A stretch of DNA of 62,328 nt, filler included, from Chrysochromulina tobinii (lineage: Eukaryota), in the NCBI GenBank assembly GCA_001275005.1. It is 5 parts of 5 records of this genome, joined end to end, with 100 filler letters (N's around TTAATTAATTAA, not from the genome) between each part and the next. Parts side by side here need not be neighbours in the genome. Positions count along the whole stretch, not along the records: positions 1 to 18,255 come from JWZX01001125.1; 4 more parts are not named here. The stretch is one strand, 5' to 3'. Of the stretch, positions 1 to 12,951 are shown piece after piece. How positions within the stretch are numbered: the first letter of the stretch is position 1; every line of letters starts with the position of its first letter. Both the position numbers and the translations under genes were made by a program. Under the pieces are notes generated by a model. It was not told the DNA's origin, made no database searches, and worked only from the letters and a program-made list of their open reading frames with translations.

Positions 1-432
1 ATCCCCTCTCGACTCGCGCCGTACCGGCTGCTCCGCTGAGCGTGACCCGCGACACGCGAAGGGAAGGGACGCGCGCGCCGCTCCTCACACGCAGTCGGTA
101 TCAACAGTACAAGTATAATATTGACAGAATCAAAATACAGTACCGGTAAAAAGACACCGGGGGGAGCCGGGACACACACCGGTACCGTACAGAAAAAGCT
201 GCACAGTATTTCGGCTTAGGCTCAAAAAGAAAGAAAAATGTTGCGCGACTCACCCACTGATAAACCCACACGCAGAAGGGCCGAGCGTGAACAAGCGTGC
301 TGAGAGACGTGAGAGAGAGAGAGCTATCTTTAGAGCGCGGACTCGAGGGAAGAGGATAGAGGCACACCCCTCCTTGTATCTCATTGCAGGTGTACATTCG
401 TGCTCACCACGCCTCGGGATGTGAGCCGCAGC

Positions 433-2719
433 TCAGCAAGCGCTGTTTCGAGTCGCCCCTGTTCCAAAGTTCCAGCCTGCGAGAAGCGGCTTAGACCTAA
501 GTAGCCAGTGCCTGTCTCCGACGCAACTTCGAACTGTGCCATTTCGGCCGAGCCCGTCGTCCTCGACCCGCGCACGCTTCTTCTTCTTCTTCTCCTTCTT
601 CCCCTCGAGTAGCGGCGCAGCTGGACGACCGCCCCCCAAGCTTGGCACCAAGGCCGCTGCACCAAAAGTGCCATGCGATTCGATGTGAGCAGAGCCATCG
701 TTGCCCGTCGAGGTGAGAGCGCCCGCTCTGCCGACGCCGCCCTCACCGCGTCCGCCCGCCTCGCCCAGCTCAGCCGAGATCGCCGCGATCGCCGCCACGT
801 TCAATTGCTTCGTGTATCGATCAAACGCCTCGAGCTCTGCGATCGTAGCGTACACGCGCCGGTCGTAGTCGCGATGCATCTGCTCCTCCTGCTCCGGGTG
901 CGAGTGCGTCGAGCCGCCGGCGACGGGGCGCGAGAGCTTCACGTCGGCGCGGATCGTGCTATAGTCTCCCCGCAGCATCAGTAGCTGCCTCATGTAGGAG
1001 CACACGGCGGTCGCAAGGGTGAGATGGAAGCGCACCGGAGAGACAGGGACGGCTGGGCTGGGCGTGTGCGCGCTCGGCGCTCGGTGCATATGGCGAGACG
1101 ATCAAAGAAAAACAGAGGACATCTGGGAGTATGCGTGCGCACCGCTCGGCGCACGGTACGCTCGCGCTCCTCCTCAAACGTGGCCAGTGCAGCGAGGCCC
1201 CTTGCGCTCGCCTTAGGCCGTGGTTGCAAGCCAGGCACGAAGGTGAGTCGCATGCCACCCTCCTTGGCCATGTGAGGCCAGCCGCGGAGCCAAGAGAGGC
1301 AGATGGGGGCGTGCGAGCGCTCGAAATCAGCGCTCGGCGTGGGGCACATGGGTGCCGGCACAACCGCCCCGAGCTGCGCCTCGCGGTGTGTAAAGCAGGC
1401 CGTCTTGAGAGCGTCAAGCCTGCCAGCGCGGCCTAGCACGTCGAGCCACGCCTGGGTGGCTCCCTTTGCAGGCGGCGCTCGGCCGTCCTCGAGAAAGGCG
1501 AGCGCCTCGCTGAGCGCGGCGAGCACGGGCGCTTCGAAAAAGGGCGCGAACACCGGGCCGCCCTTGGCCACGAACCTGGCCACCGTCGCATCCCCGACGC
1601 GCCTGGGTGAGCAGACAGGGCAAACGGAGAAACAGTGATCATCAGTGCGAACTGGAAGACGAGAGGCGAGCGGTGAGGCGAGGCGAGGCGAGGCGAGGTG
1701 AGGCGAGGCGAAGAGGCGAGACAGCATGGGCGCATATGGATGGCAGGCTAGTGAGCTCACGTCATCAGCAAGGTGAGCTCGGCCGCCGTCTCCACCTGCA
1801 GCGCGTGCGGATCTGAAGATTTCGCGGCTGCGCTTGCCGCACGCGCGTCGACCGTCTTGGGCGGTGGGATGGCCGCGTGCGTGTGCTCTGGGTGGAACAT
1901 GGAAAGGAAGACAAAGTAGCGTGCGGTAGTCAGGCGCGAAAGGCCGCACGTGTGGGCACCTGTGGGGGGATTGCGACGGGGTCATGCATTGCATGAGCAC
2001 ATCGGATCCGCAGGCGTGAGACTGAATGATGTGTGCTGCGATCTAAAGATGATCTCGTGCGTACCATCCTTGGCGGCGGCACGATTGGGCCTTGCGCCTT
2101 CCCAATGGATGAGTGCTTGGCACCCGTGCTCGCGTGCCCAGTCGAGGGGCGACGCGCGGCCGGCGGCGAGGAGCTCGCGGCAAGCGACGTAGGCCTCGAG
2201 CATCGAGCCTGAGTCGATGTGCGCCTCGAGCCTCGAGCCTCCGGGCGGTTTCAGGATGGTGAGCGGCAGCGCCTCCACGTCCACGGGGCAGCCCCACATG
2301 CGCTGGAAGGCTGCGACGATCTTCTCGGCATGCACAATTGTTGGCCGAGCGCCGCTGACCTGAGTCTCGCCAAAGCCGCTGAGCCGCCATCCCTTCCAGC
2401 ACATGCCCTGCGGGTTGGGCCCGGCTAGCGCGCGGAAGATGGCCTTGGCCGATTCAGGCGGCAGGCACTGCTTTCGCCATTTCGAGTCGAACAGGTTGGC
2501 TATCCGCTCGAGCGCCACACCACGTCCGTATGCCAGCCCAAAGGAAAGGGAGGAGTCGGCGCGCAGCGCCGGCGGTAGCCGCGAGAGGTACGCTTGTTCG
2601 AGGCGTCCCAAGTGGTGCATGAGTACATCGGCATCGGCCGCGTCGCAGTAGCACGAGTCGAAGCTGCGATGCTTGGCAAAGCCCTCGGCGACGGCCTCCG
2701 AGACGGATGGCGAGCTCAT
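433..2719 (-). CDS. 4-exon hypothetical protein (~621 aa), possibly a divergent 2OG/Fe(II) dioxygenase (PhyH-like)
   Basis: Exons 2719-2065, 1959-1761, 1602-1143 and 984-433 join in frame via GT..AG introns (1866 nt, no internal stop). Motif LKPPGGSRLEAHID resembles the PhyH K-P...HxD motif; possible distal His in GWPH; C-terminal KKEKKKKKR NLS-like run. The family call is inference. Confidence 0.6.
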
Positions 2720-3208
2720 GCACAGGGCTGTGAAAGTCTGCAGTGAAAGTCCTCATGGATTGGGGGTGAGCAGAGACGGTCCCCCACCCCTTTCCAGCTC
2801 ACTTCGGCCGACCGAAGGCCACACACCGGCCTAAGGCAACGCACGCGTGAGCGCGTGCAATTACATCCCCCACCCCTTTCATCTAGTATTCTAGTTGGTG
2901 AGCGTCAAGTACATGTACATGTAACTTGAACTTAAACTTGAAGTCTTGATGGTAGCGCGGGGGATCGCGACATACAACGGCATGACGAACCTGTCTCGCG
3001 AAAGTCCGACGGCGCATGACGGCGCCCACAGGTCGCACATTCGACAGGAAGCGAGCACTCGCTCGAAGCTCGCCGGACAACGCTCAAAGCTTCAATCGCG
3101 TCCTCCTCGGTGTGTACAACAACGCTGGGACCGCGGCCGATAGCACGTCGCAGCACGACCTCTGCCGACACTGCCCCTTGCCCTGCTCCTCATCACCTGC
3201 TCGCAGGC

Positions 3209-4479
3209 ATGGCCTCCTCCGTGTCGGCGCAAGAGCCAGATGACGAGCGCGATTGCCTCGGAGCTATTCCTGTGCCGATGAGCGGTGGAGATAACCAATG
3301 GCTCCAATTCATGGCCAACGTGGCACCTGTGCGAGCAGCATATGCAGCCACTTTCGGTATTGTCACGACAAATTTGTCTAAGGGGGATGGCAAGATTCAT
3401 AGATCGACCATGAAGTACTGCTTGGATGCGAACCATCGAACCAAAAGGTATGCCAATTACCAAGGCCGGTAGTCTCATGCTGTGCTTGAGCCTTGGTTGC
3501 GCAGTTCGATGCTCTATCTGGGGCTCTTCGGAATGGAGGCCGGTGTGCTCACGCGTTTACCTCCTGCAGATCCTCATGCCACGCGCGAGAGTGCCATCGC
3601 CTGGTCTGATGCGCCCCACGCTTGATTGCCGCAGCGACTCGCGTATTGGCAATCAAGAAGATGGAGGAGGCAAAAGGTATCGAGAGGGACCACAAGCAGC
3701 TTCATGGAAAGGAAACGTTCATCGTGTATATGAGCGAGGAGGATAAGAAATCAAAGATCTTCAAAACGCTCGAGGAGACCGTCGAGGCCCGAGCAGAGGC
3801 GATCGGCATCCCGAGGAGGTGCGCGCGCAAGCGAACCGCTCGCTGCGGGCTAGCTGCTGAGTCCTTGTCTGCTGTGTCGGCTGTGATGTCGGCTGCTGTT
3901 TCAAATTTGTGCAGCGTGCTTGCCAAGGTCGACGCTGCCTATCGGGCAAAAGAGGAGTGGGAGCACGCCATCAAAGAGCTACACAACGAGGAGACGGTAC
4001 GGTCGGATCAGGGCGCCGAGCTTCCGGCAACCCTCCAGGTGTTCCATGACCTCCAGGCGCGTGCCAACAAGGCAAAAGCACAAAAGGAGGAGACCGACAC
4101 AACCAAGCTCCAAGAGCTCCTCACGTCTGCCAAGGTGGAGCTTGACTACATCGACAAAAAGGTGAAAGAGCTAGACGACGAGATTAAGAAGATCCCTCCG
4201 AAGATCGAGGGCCTGAAGAAGGAGAACGCCAAACTTGATTGCAACATCATCCAGCTCGCATCGTCTGACGACGAGGAGAAGATGGCCGCCGCGATGAGAG
4301 AGCGGCGGAACAACCGCGATAAGATTTCGGAGCACGAGGGAAAGAAGTTTGTTCTGAACGAGGCCATCGAGAAGTGCAAGAAGGAAAAGACGGAACTCGA
4401 AGAGACGATGAAGAGGATCGGAGAAATGATCGGAGGAGCGCTTCCATCGGCGAAAAAGCAGCGAAAAACGAAGGCTTAA
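3209..4479 (+). CDS. Spliced hypothetical protein with long C-terminal coiled coil; apparent 1-nt frameshift near 3620
   Basis: ORF 3622-4479 is K/E-rich heptad sequence ending KKQRKTKA. The upstream exon starts MASSVSAQ, with an acceptor CTGCAG at 3569. The frame DPHATRESAIAWSDAPHA joins LIAAATRV only with one extra base. Confidence 0.45.
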
Positions 4480-5370
4480 GAAGATCCTGATGAAGATCCA
4501 GATGAAGATGATTGAAACGAAGGCTCGGGGCAGGGAAGAAGCACGTGAGTTCGCTCTTCGCAACTGCACTAGCGACGCAATGGAGGTTAGGGACGCGAAC
4601 ATCAACACGCGTGCATTTGTGAACCAGGGAGACCTGGGTCGTGTAGTACACGAATCACGATTCGATACGGCGACATACGGGCCGCATCGCGCATGAACCA
4701 TGATTGTGAGGAACGCGCGAGAACCGACCAGAACCTCGGGGCGTCGGGCGTGTATGGTGTATCGAATGCGCCGGAGCGGGACGGTGCATGGAGAGTCAGC
4801 GCATGGTTGTCACATGGGACTGGAGATCAACGGAGATGGCGCCTTGATTGTTGATCGGAGAGATCTAGAAAAGTTTGTCTTACCATCTCGCGGATTCGAC
4901 AGCGAACGACACCCGCAAACCGGGTATCGAACCCCGCGCGTTTCGTCAAACCGCAATGACCAATTGTGATATGATGTGACATTTATGTGTCCCGTCCGTT
5001 CTGATAGAGTATCAGAGTATCGGGTCGACAGCCGCGCGCGACGCGGCCCGCAAGCGCAAGAGCCAAGACACCGCTGCCTCACCGGGGTCCGGCGTACATA
5101 CGGATTACATACGGATGCGATTAACACTAGCTCGGGGACCCCTGGCGCCCCTATTATCACAGCCATATACTCGATCAGCCGCCGGGCCGGGCCGCTAAGG
5201 GCCGCTTAACGCTTTACCATCTAACGAACTCGACAGAACGAGTTTAATCAATTAATAAAAATACTGTAAGGTACCGGACCCTGTTGTCATCACAGTGGAT
5301 TCAATAATACTTTCACCGGGGTCCGGGGGGCTCCGGGCGCAATAGGAATTCCTACATCTTGTATTGAGCC

Positions 5371-5530
5371 CTGTCGTGGCTGTCGTAAGGCTGTCGTCCC
5401 TGTCGAGCTGTCGAGCTGTCGAGGCTCCGTCGAGTTAACCGTCGAGGCGCTGTCGAGGCGCTGTCGGGCTGTCGAGGCCTTGCCTGTCGAGCCTGTCGAG
5501 TAGTACCCAGCTGTCGAGTAGCTGTCGAGT
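5371..5530 (+). repeat. Irregular array of CTGTCG(AG) units
   Basis: 13 CTGTCG plus 2 CCGTCG copies in 160 bp, all in the same orientation. Confidence 0.9.
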
Positions 5531-6040
5531 ACTACATGTACGTATAAATGTCCACATCTGTCGCCGCTCCCGGCGTCCCGGGGCCGGAGGACGCAGAGCG
5601 CCTTCCCGGACGAGCTGCACTCGACGACACAGAAGCAGCAGTAACCCTCCACTACGCCCACATAACGCCCACACCCCCCCGTCGAACCCCCCCGTACCAC
5701 ACTAAGTACCACACAGGTGTACCATACGCATATACCACCATACCCTAGTTGACCATACCTTCATTTATAGAACCACACCGCACTGAGACGCACTAAAACA
5801 CGCCCCCCTCCATCCCACCAATACAAACTCCAATTGGCTGGGCTATCCAGACGCCGCGTCCACGCCCAAGTAGGAGACGAGCCACACCGATTCTCCCATT
5901 GTCGCGTGTACCGTGTGAACGTTCACACTCCTTGATTTTTTATCGTTTGAAGCAAGCAGACCGTGTATGGTTTCAGAAGAATGCCGCTCCGGGAGGCGTG
6001 CTAGTAAGCTTCGCCCATTTCAGACCTCACGGGGCATAAG

Positions 6041-6191
6041 ATGGCATCGCTCGCAGATGCAAAGCAGAAGATCTTAGCAATGAAGAAGAAACGAGAAGAA
6101 GAAACGGCAGCGCAGGCAGCGGCGAAGAAGGCCACCGCACAACTCGCTGCGCCTCCTGCTGCAACGCCAGCCCCGGCCCCAGCCCCGGTCC

Positions 6192-6222
<31 letters not shown>

Positions 6223-8956
6223 ACCCATCGCCCTGAGCGACGCGCCGCCGCCGCCGAAGAAGAATGCGAAGAAGAGCGACGGCGGCCAAGCCGCATCCGC
6301 ACTGCCCGCTCCCACGCCTGCACCCGCTCCAACGCCCGTCCCCGCTCCCGCTGCGCCTTCGGCCGAGTCGGCGAAGAAAACCGCAAAGAAAGCCGCAAAG
6401 GAGGCTCCCGCTGCCGCGGCGGCGGCGGGCGCAACTCCCGCGGGCGGCGCATCGTCAAGCTCTGTCAGCGGCGCATCGACGATGTCTGCCGTTGCGGGCG
6501 ATGGCGAGTCCAAGAAGGCCAAACTCGTTCCAGCGGTGGCGCCACAGGCCGCGAAGCCTCAGACGATGGAGGAGGCTGAGGGGGAGGCGCTAGCGCCGGC
6601 ATCGAACCCGCCAGGCATCAATTGGAGCTGGCTTGAGGCCATACCACCACACAGCGACAAAAGCTACAGCCTCAAGAGCCTGTGCCAGCAGAAGGGTCTG
6701 GACGACACGGGATTAGCAAAGAAGTTGGTAGCCCGTCTCATCGAAGCAGGTGGCCCCACGCTGGAGAGTCTCCGTGAGATGTGCAAGGCTGCAGGCTTGG
6801 GCACGTCCGGCGGCAGGAAGCAACTGGCTGACCGCTTGTGGAATCAGCAGCATGCCTTCCTCGACGCTGCGAAGAGGGGCGATTTCGAGGAGGTGCGAAA
6901 GCTCCTCGAGGTCCATTCGCATCTTGTCAACGTGCAACCTGGGGGTCGCTGGTCTGCGCTGCATCAGTTCGCGCAAAAAGGTAACAAAGATGCGGTCAAG
7001 TACTTGCTTGAGAAGGGTGCGGGCACCTGCGTGGTCAACAAAGACGACGACACGCCCCGGGAGGTGACGCCCCTGGACGCCCCTGCAGTCAGGTCGATGC
7101 TTCAAGACAAGGAGGACCAGACGCTCTCGGCCATCTCAAAGGTCATCAAAAGCCATGTTCACCGTCTCGACGATCATTGCACTACTAAAAATTCGATTCG
7201 AATGGACTTGCAAGGCAGAGGGTACGTAGAGGGTACGCATTATCGCCGGCAATGGTTCAAGGATCAGATCGAACGCGAAAGGACTGATTCCCTTGACATT
7301 CTCAACTTCAAGCAGGCTGCCAAAGAGGCAGATATTCAGCTCGACGGCTCTGAGACTAAGACGAAGATCATTGAGAAGCTCGCTGGAAAGCTTGCTAAGC
7401 AAGTGGAGGAAGAGGAGGCGAAGTCTGCGGTCCCTTGGAACCTTCATGGGTTCAAGAAGCGCAGCCTCGAAAAGCTCGGTGCGGCCCGCCTAAAGGTCCT
7501 CTGCTGGGAGCGCGACCTCGACGTGAAGAAGAAGGCGCACTCCACTACCTGTATCCAACGGCTCATGGAGTGGAAGAAGAAGCCGACTTCGGAACCCACC
7601 ATAACTGAGGAGTCCATCGCGGCTGAGGAGCCCATGGAAGAGGAGTCGGACGCGGGTGACGGCGGTGAGAAAGATGATGATGATGATGGGGAGGACGCGA
7701 TCCCGCTTCCAGTCGAGCTGCGTGACAACCCGGGCCTGGTTCGAGTCCAAAAATCAAAGCTCCAAACCTACGGCAAGGAAATCTTGCGCAAGCTATGTTC
7801 CGACCGTCGCATCCCTGGAATCCGTAAGAACTGCAGCAATGTGCAAAAGATGGCGGATGCGCTCGCCCGCTGGCGTGGAACCCCAAAGGCAAAGCAGTGG
7901 GTCGAGGAGCAGGCTTCTGACGACGACGACGAGGAGGAGGAGGAGGACAAGCCGATGGATATCCCGGAAGATGATGGGTTCGCCGTCTCTGACAAAGTCT
8001 ATGTTGAAGGCGAGAGCAGGCGGGGGCAGATCATGGAGATTGGGTCTGGTGACCGGAAAGGCCAGGTTCGAGTCCGCATCCCGTTCCGTCCGTCGCAATG
8101 GGTTGATGTGGAGAAAGTCAGATATGAGACTTTCGCTGCCAAGCAAAAGGGCAACCGGGAGGCTGACTGTGAGCCTTCAGCAAAGAAGAAGAAGATGGCC
8201 CCAGAACAATCTGCCTCTTCCTCATCGGCCTTCGGTGCCAAGACCAAAGAGGCAGATTATTACTCCGCACTCAATAATGAAAATCGCGAGAAAATTATGA
8301 AGATCGTCGAAGACTATCTCAAGATGCAGCGTCTGGAGGAAGAGAATAAGCAGCTCCAGGAGGATGTAGGGGAGGCAAAAAAGTTGCTGAGAAAGGCTGG
8401 TGCCCAGATCATGAAGCTCGAGGCGCAACTCAGCGATGGCAGTGGCCTTCTGACTAAGGAGCAGTCAAAGCAGCTGAAAAAGCTGGAGGACGATAAACGG
8501 ATTCCGACAGGCTACATGGAAATCAAAGCTTACAGGAAAGCGCTTGAGGAGCGGGGCCTCCTTGAGAAGGCGGCAGGTGCGGCGCACGAGGGCCAGCATG
8601 TGTTTCATATCATTGCGGCTGCCAATGGTGGACCGGACCACACAGACAACTATCTCTTCGCGCTTGGTGGCACATTCAACATCGCAGTCGGTGCTCACCT
8701 GGACCATTTCAATTGCTTTCTCGCCGGCAAGGCGAAAGCCATGAAGGCCGTTGCGATTGCCATGCAGGCCGCAAAGGACCCTGCGCTTCATAGATGGATC
8801 AGAACACCAACAGGCAAGGACTTTCGGATCTACACCGAAGGTAAGCACAAGGGCAAAACGGGTGAAGATCTGTTCAACGACGGCCAGAAGGTTTTCCGCG
8901 CCATCCGCGACGAGGAACGCAACCGCATGAAGGCCAAGGGGTCCTCGAGCACGTGA
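6041..8956 (+). CDS. 971-aa intronless multidomain nuclear protein: Pro/Ala-rich region, SAP-like motifs, ankyrin repeats, Tudor/SH3-like barrel, coiled coil, C-terminal HNH-like nuclease
   Basis: SAP-like SLKSLCQQKGLDDTGLAKKLVARL and LESLREMCKAAGLGTSGGRKQLADRL; ankyrin FLDAAKRGDFEEVRKLL and WSALHQFAQKGNKDAVKYLLEKGA; FAVSDKVYVEG..GQI..VRV..WV; HVFHIIAAANGGPDHTDNY..TFN. Confidence 0.8.
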
Positions 8957-9019
8957 GGAAAAGTGCAACAACGCGAACACGGAACCTCTCCCTCATGCGT
9001 GCCGTCTACCACGGCGCCA

Positions 9020-9073
9020 CCACCCGGGCGCACCACACGGGCGCACCACACGGGCGCACCACACGGGCGCACC
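9020..9073 (+). repeat. Tandem 13-bp repeat CACCACACGGGCG
   Basis: About four consecutive copies just downstream of the HNH gene. Confidence 0.8.
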
Positions 9074-9722
9074 AAACGCCGGCAAGTCGGGCGAGACGGG
9101 CGAGACGGCAGCAGCGAGACGCGGCAGCGGCGAGCGGGCAGCGGCGTGAGCGGCGTGAGCGGCGCGTTGCCGCTCGGACGCCGTCCGGCGAGGAGGTGTC
9201 CGTGTCTGCAGGGGTTTCATCTTATCTGGCGTTTTGGCCCAGGGGAGCTCAAGGGGAGCTCGTACCATCGCATGTTATCTGGAGAATGCTGCGTGGGACA
9301 TCAACTACCACACATGGCTTGTCACATGGGCATATTGCCGGGCTGGGCATCTTCTGAAATGGACGCGAAAGACTCTCGTGTCAGGATCGGGGAACCGATT
9401 GGAGGAGTCAGTAGGGAGTCTCTCAGTTGGGACTCCGGCGAGCAGGCCCCGGACACGCGGCCGGGCGGGGACCCAGGCGCAGCGCTCCGCGTGGCCGTGC
9501 AGCGACCGCCCGCGGTCGCCGTCCTCGGGCCGGAACTGAACCATGCGGATGGCCGGGACAAATGCACAGAACGAAGTGACCATTAGCGCGCCGGATTGCG
9601 GATAGCTTTTGCCCTTTTCGCGTTTTACGAGAATATTAGCGCAATTTGACGAACAGCTCACGGTCACGCGCGGGACGTCACGTCGAGAGCACACGTCACG
9701 CCGCTCGCTCCTCGTGGCGACG

Positions 9723-12700
9723 TCACGTCCGCTCCTCCGCGTCGTGCACGCTCGCGAGAATCTCGGCGGCCTCGCCGAGGCCGAGCCGGAAGACGCCGTA
9801 CTCCTCCAGGCGGCGGCGCAGCGCAGCCTCGTGCTCGTGGCGGCCCTGCATCTGGCTGGGCGTCTCAGCCAGGATGGCCTCCACGAGCGCCAAGCGCGTC
9901 GGCCGAGGGAGCGCGAGCAGCTGGCAGCTCTCGTGTAGTCGGCGGAGGGCCGCTTGCGGGCGCACTGCGAGTGGCACGAAGAGCGCGGCGAGCGCACTCA
10001 CGTCGCGGAGCAGCTGGCGCGCGCCCGCCGCCGAGAAGGCCCCCCGGCGCACGAGCTGGGTGTACAGCAGCGTGTCGACCGCGGTGGCGATGGGCGGCCA
10101 GACGCGCCGTAGGGAAGCGGGCGGCAGCGCGGCGCGCAGGCCACTCAGCTCGGCGTGGAGCCTAGCGAGCGGCTCACAGAGCGAAGGGGACAGATCAAGC
10201 AGCTCGAGCGCCGCGCTGCCGCTGCCATCGGCACCGGCGTCGCTCCCGCCGCCGCTGCTCCCGCCGTCGTAGGCTGTCGGGAGCAGCAGGCGGAAGTCAC
10301 GCACACTCGCCTCGGTGAGGTAGGGGCGGCATGCGCTCACAAAGCCCGCTGTGACGGTCTCAACGACAAGCGCCTCACACTCGGCAAGCAGTGCAGCCCA
10401 TGCCTGTAAGAGTGGTGAGAGCGGCCCCGCCGCCGCCGTCGACGCGCCCTCTGTTCCCACGTCGGCCGTTGCGCTCGCGAGCGAGGCCGCAGCGCTCGCG
10501 GCGCCGGCGCGCGCCGTAGTGGTCAGCTTGTCCGCCGCCGAGCGTGCGAGGGCAGCCACGAAGGACGAGGGCGTGTGAATGTGAACGAAGGACGAGGGCG
10601 TGCAAGCCGTGCTGCCGCCGCGGCCGCCAGCCGCCGGCGACGCCAGCACTGCCCGCCGCCGATGGCGCGGCGGCGGCGGGCGCCGTGGCGGGCCCGGACG
10701 GCCCTCGGAGACTCGCGACTGGCGAGGGCGGCTCCATACTCGCGGCTGAGGCGTTGGAGACCGCTCCAGCATCGGAGCTGCCCGTGCTAGCACCGGCGGC
10801 AGCGCTGTCCTTGGCGCCCTTGTGGACGAGGGCAGCAAGCGGCGGCAATTCGTGCCAGTCATGCAGCAGGGGCGACGCATACGTGACGATGTGGGCGAGG
10901 GCGCCCACCTGCCCCCAGCTACCCACCTCCCGTGAGCCCACTCGGCACAGCTCGAGCCTCGTGTGCATCTTGGCGCCAAAGAGCTCGAGGAGCGGCACGA
11001 GCACCTTGTGCACGAACGCGCGCTGTGCGGGCTCGTCTGAGAGGAGCCGCAGGCGCTCAAGAAGCTTCTCGCAGTGTCGCATCACCACGACCGCACACGC
11101 CGGAGGGACAGTGCGCGCACCGCCCAAGCTACACCCGTCGGCCAGTCCGCCGCACGCTAGCCGGCCGGCGGCCGCGGCCTGGCCACTGCTGGCCACACGG
11201 CCGTCGCCCATGGACGCGTGCGGCCCTTCGGGTGGCGCGTCGGCGGCGCCGCCCACGCCGCCCGCCCCGCCGGCAAAGGGGTCGGCGGCGGTGGGTGGTG
11301 GGCCCGCGCGCCAGCTGCCTTCGTCTGCAGTGGCGCGCTCAAGCATAGCGCGCCCGTCCTCGCCCTCGATGCGCAGCCAGAGGTGCAGCGCCGCGGGCTC
11401 GGCTGTGAACGCGGGCAGCGCACCGCCCACCCCAAGGGGCAGCCCGAACCCGTCACGCAGCTCGCGGTCGAAGGCGGCCGCCTCGTTGAGAGCGTGGCAG
11501 AAGAGGCGAGCGTGCTGCCGCAGCGCGGGCTGCTCGCGTCGCAACTTGCTCCGGATGGCGCCGCAGATCGCGCCCGCGACGGCGCCGAAGATGCTGTGCG
11601 GGCATCGCTCGCGCAGCATCGCGCTGTAAGCCTCCGCCTCCGCGCGCGCCATCTCGGGCGGCGCGAGCGCACCATGGAGCCACGGCAGCGGCGCGAGGAG
11701 CACTGGCGGGAGCGTCTCTTGCAGCAGTGGCGTGTGCAGGCGCAGCAGGCTCGCGCAGTGCGTGAACATCCACTCGGGCTTGTCCCTTCGGTTCGTCTCG
11801 CGCCGCCCCTCGAAGTGGTATCGGAACCGGCGCAATACCGGCGTGACCAGCGCCTCAATTGCCCACAGGCCGCCGCGGTCGCCGTCGCCGTCGCCGTCGC
11901 CGCCGCGGCCGCCGCTGCCGCCGCCGCTGCCGCGGCCGCCGCTGCCGCTGCCGCTGCCGCCCGCAGCGATGGGATCGGGGCCGCGTGCCTCGCAGCAGTG
12001 CTGGAGCAGCAGCAGCTCGCCGAGCGCGGCGCGCACCTCGCCAAGGGCGGCCGAGTCCGGGCCGACGATCGTCTTCTGGAGCTCTGCTGGCCAGCCGAGG
12101 TTGCTCAGTGCCTTGGCCGCGCGCTGTCCAAAGGCGTCGCGCAGCGGCGGCTCGAGCGCACGCATGCGGGCGTCGAGGTGCTTGACCAGTGACGCGATCG
12201 CCGCGGCCGCCGCGGGAGCGTCATCGGTGGCGGATGCCGCCGCATCGTCAGAGGTTTCGACAGAGGTTGACAACAAGTTGGCCGCCATGCGCACGCTTGT
12301 GCGAAGCGCATGCAGCTGCAGCAGCGCCTGCATCGCGGGCGACTGGGCACCAAGGGGCACGGATGATGTCGTCGCCGACTGAGAGGATGGCTTCGTCTCC
12401 GCGTGGCGCTGCGTGCGCTCCACCTGCTCGACCAGCTTGTTGGCTGTCGCGAGGGTGTGGAGCACGAGCTGCGCCTCGCGCAGCCGGCGCAGCCGCGCGC
12501 GCGGCGGGCCCAAGCGGCTGGCGAGCTGCGTCGCCACGTCCAGATGCGTCTTGACCGTCTCCTCGAAGCGCGCGCGCTCCGCATCGAGTGCGCCCAGACG
12601 GATGAGCGCCGCTCCCGCTTGTTCGCTAGCCTGTGAGAGCGCCGTGGGCAGGGCGGCCTCGGCAGCGGCCAGCTGCTCCTCGAGCGCCGCCACCTGACGC

Positions 12701-12798
12701 GTGAGGTCGCGCGCAAGCGGCTCCGCGCGGGACAGACTGGCAAGGTCGTCGAAGCAGGCGAGGAGCGTGGAGGGCCCGGAGCTTACAGACGGCGACAT
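9723..12798 (-). CDS. RINT1: RINT-1/TIP20 family ER-Golgi tethering protein (frame change near 10600-10660)
   Basis: Family signature RFRYHFEGRRETNRRDKPEW (~11771-11830), N-terminal coiled coil, and C-terminal FSAAGARQLLRDV..L..LF in the 9723-11060 frame. A short intron or a frameshift links the two ORFs. Confidence 0.85.
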
Positions 12799-12951
12799 GA
12801 CGCAGAGCGCGTCGCTAGTTGCGCCGCTCCATTATGCTACGTCAATCGTAAAACTCTACGAGAGGATGTGGATGTCGATTCAAGGAAATGCCTGACGACA
12901 TTCGTCCTTCGATATGCGACTCGCTAGTTTCGCGCCAATCTGCATCGGGCA

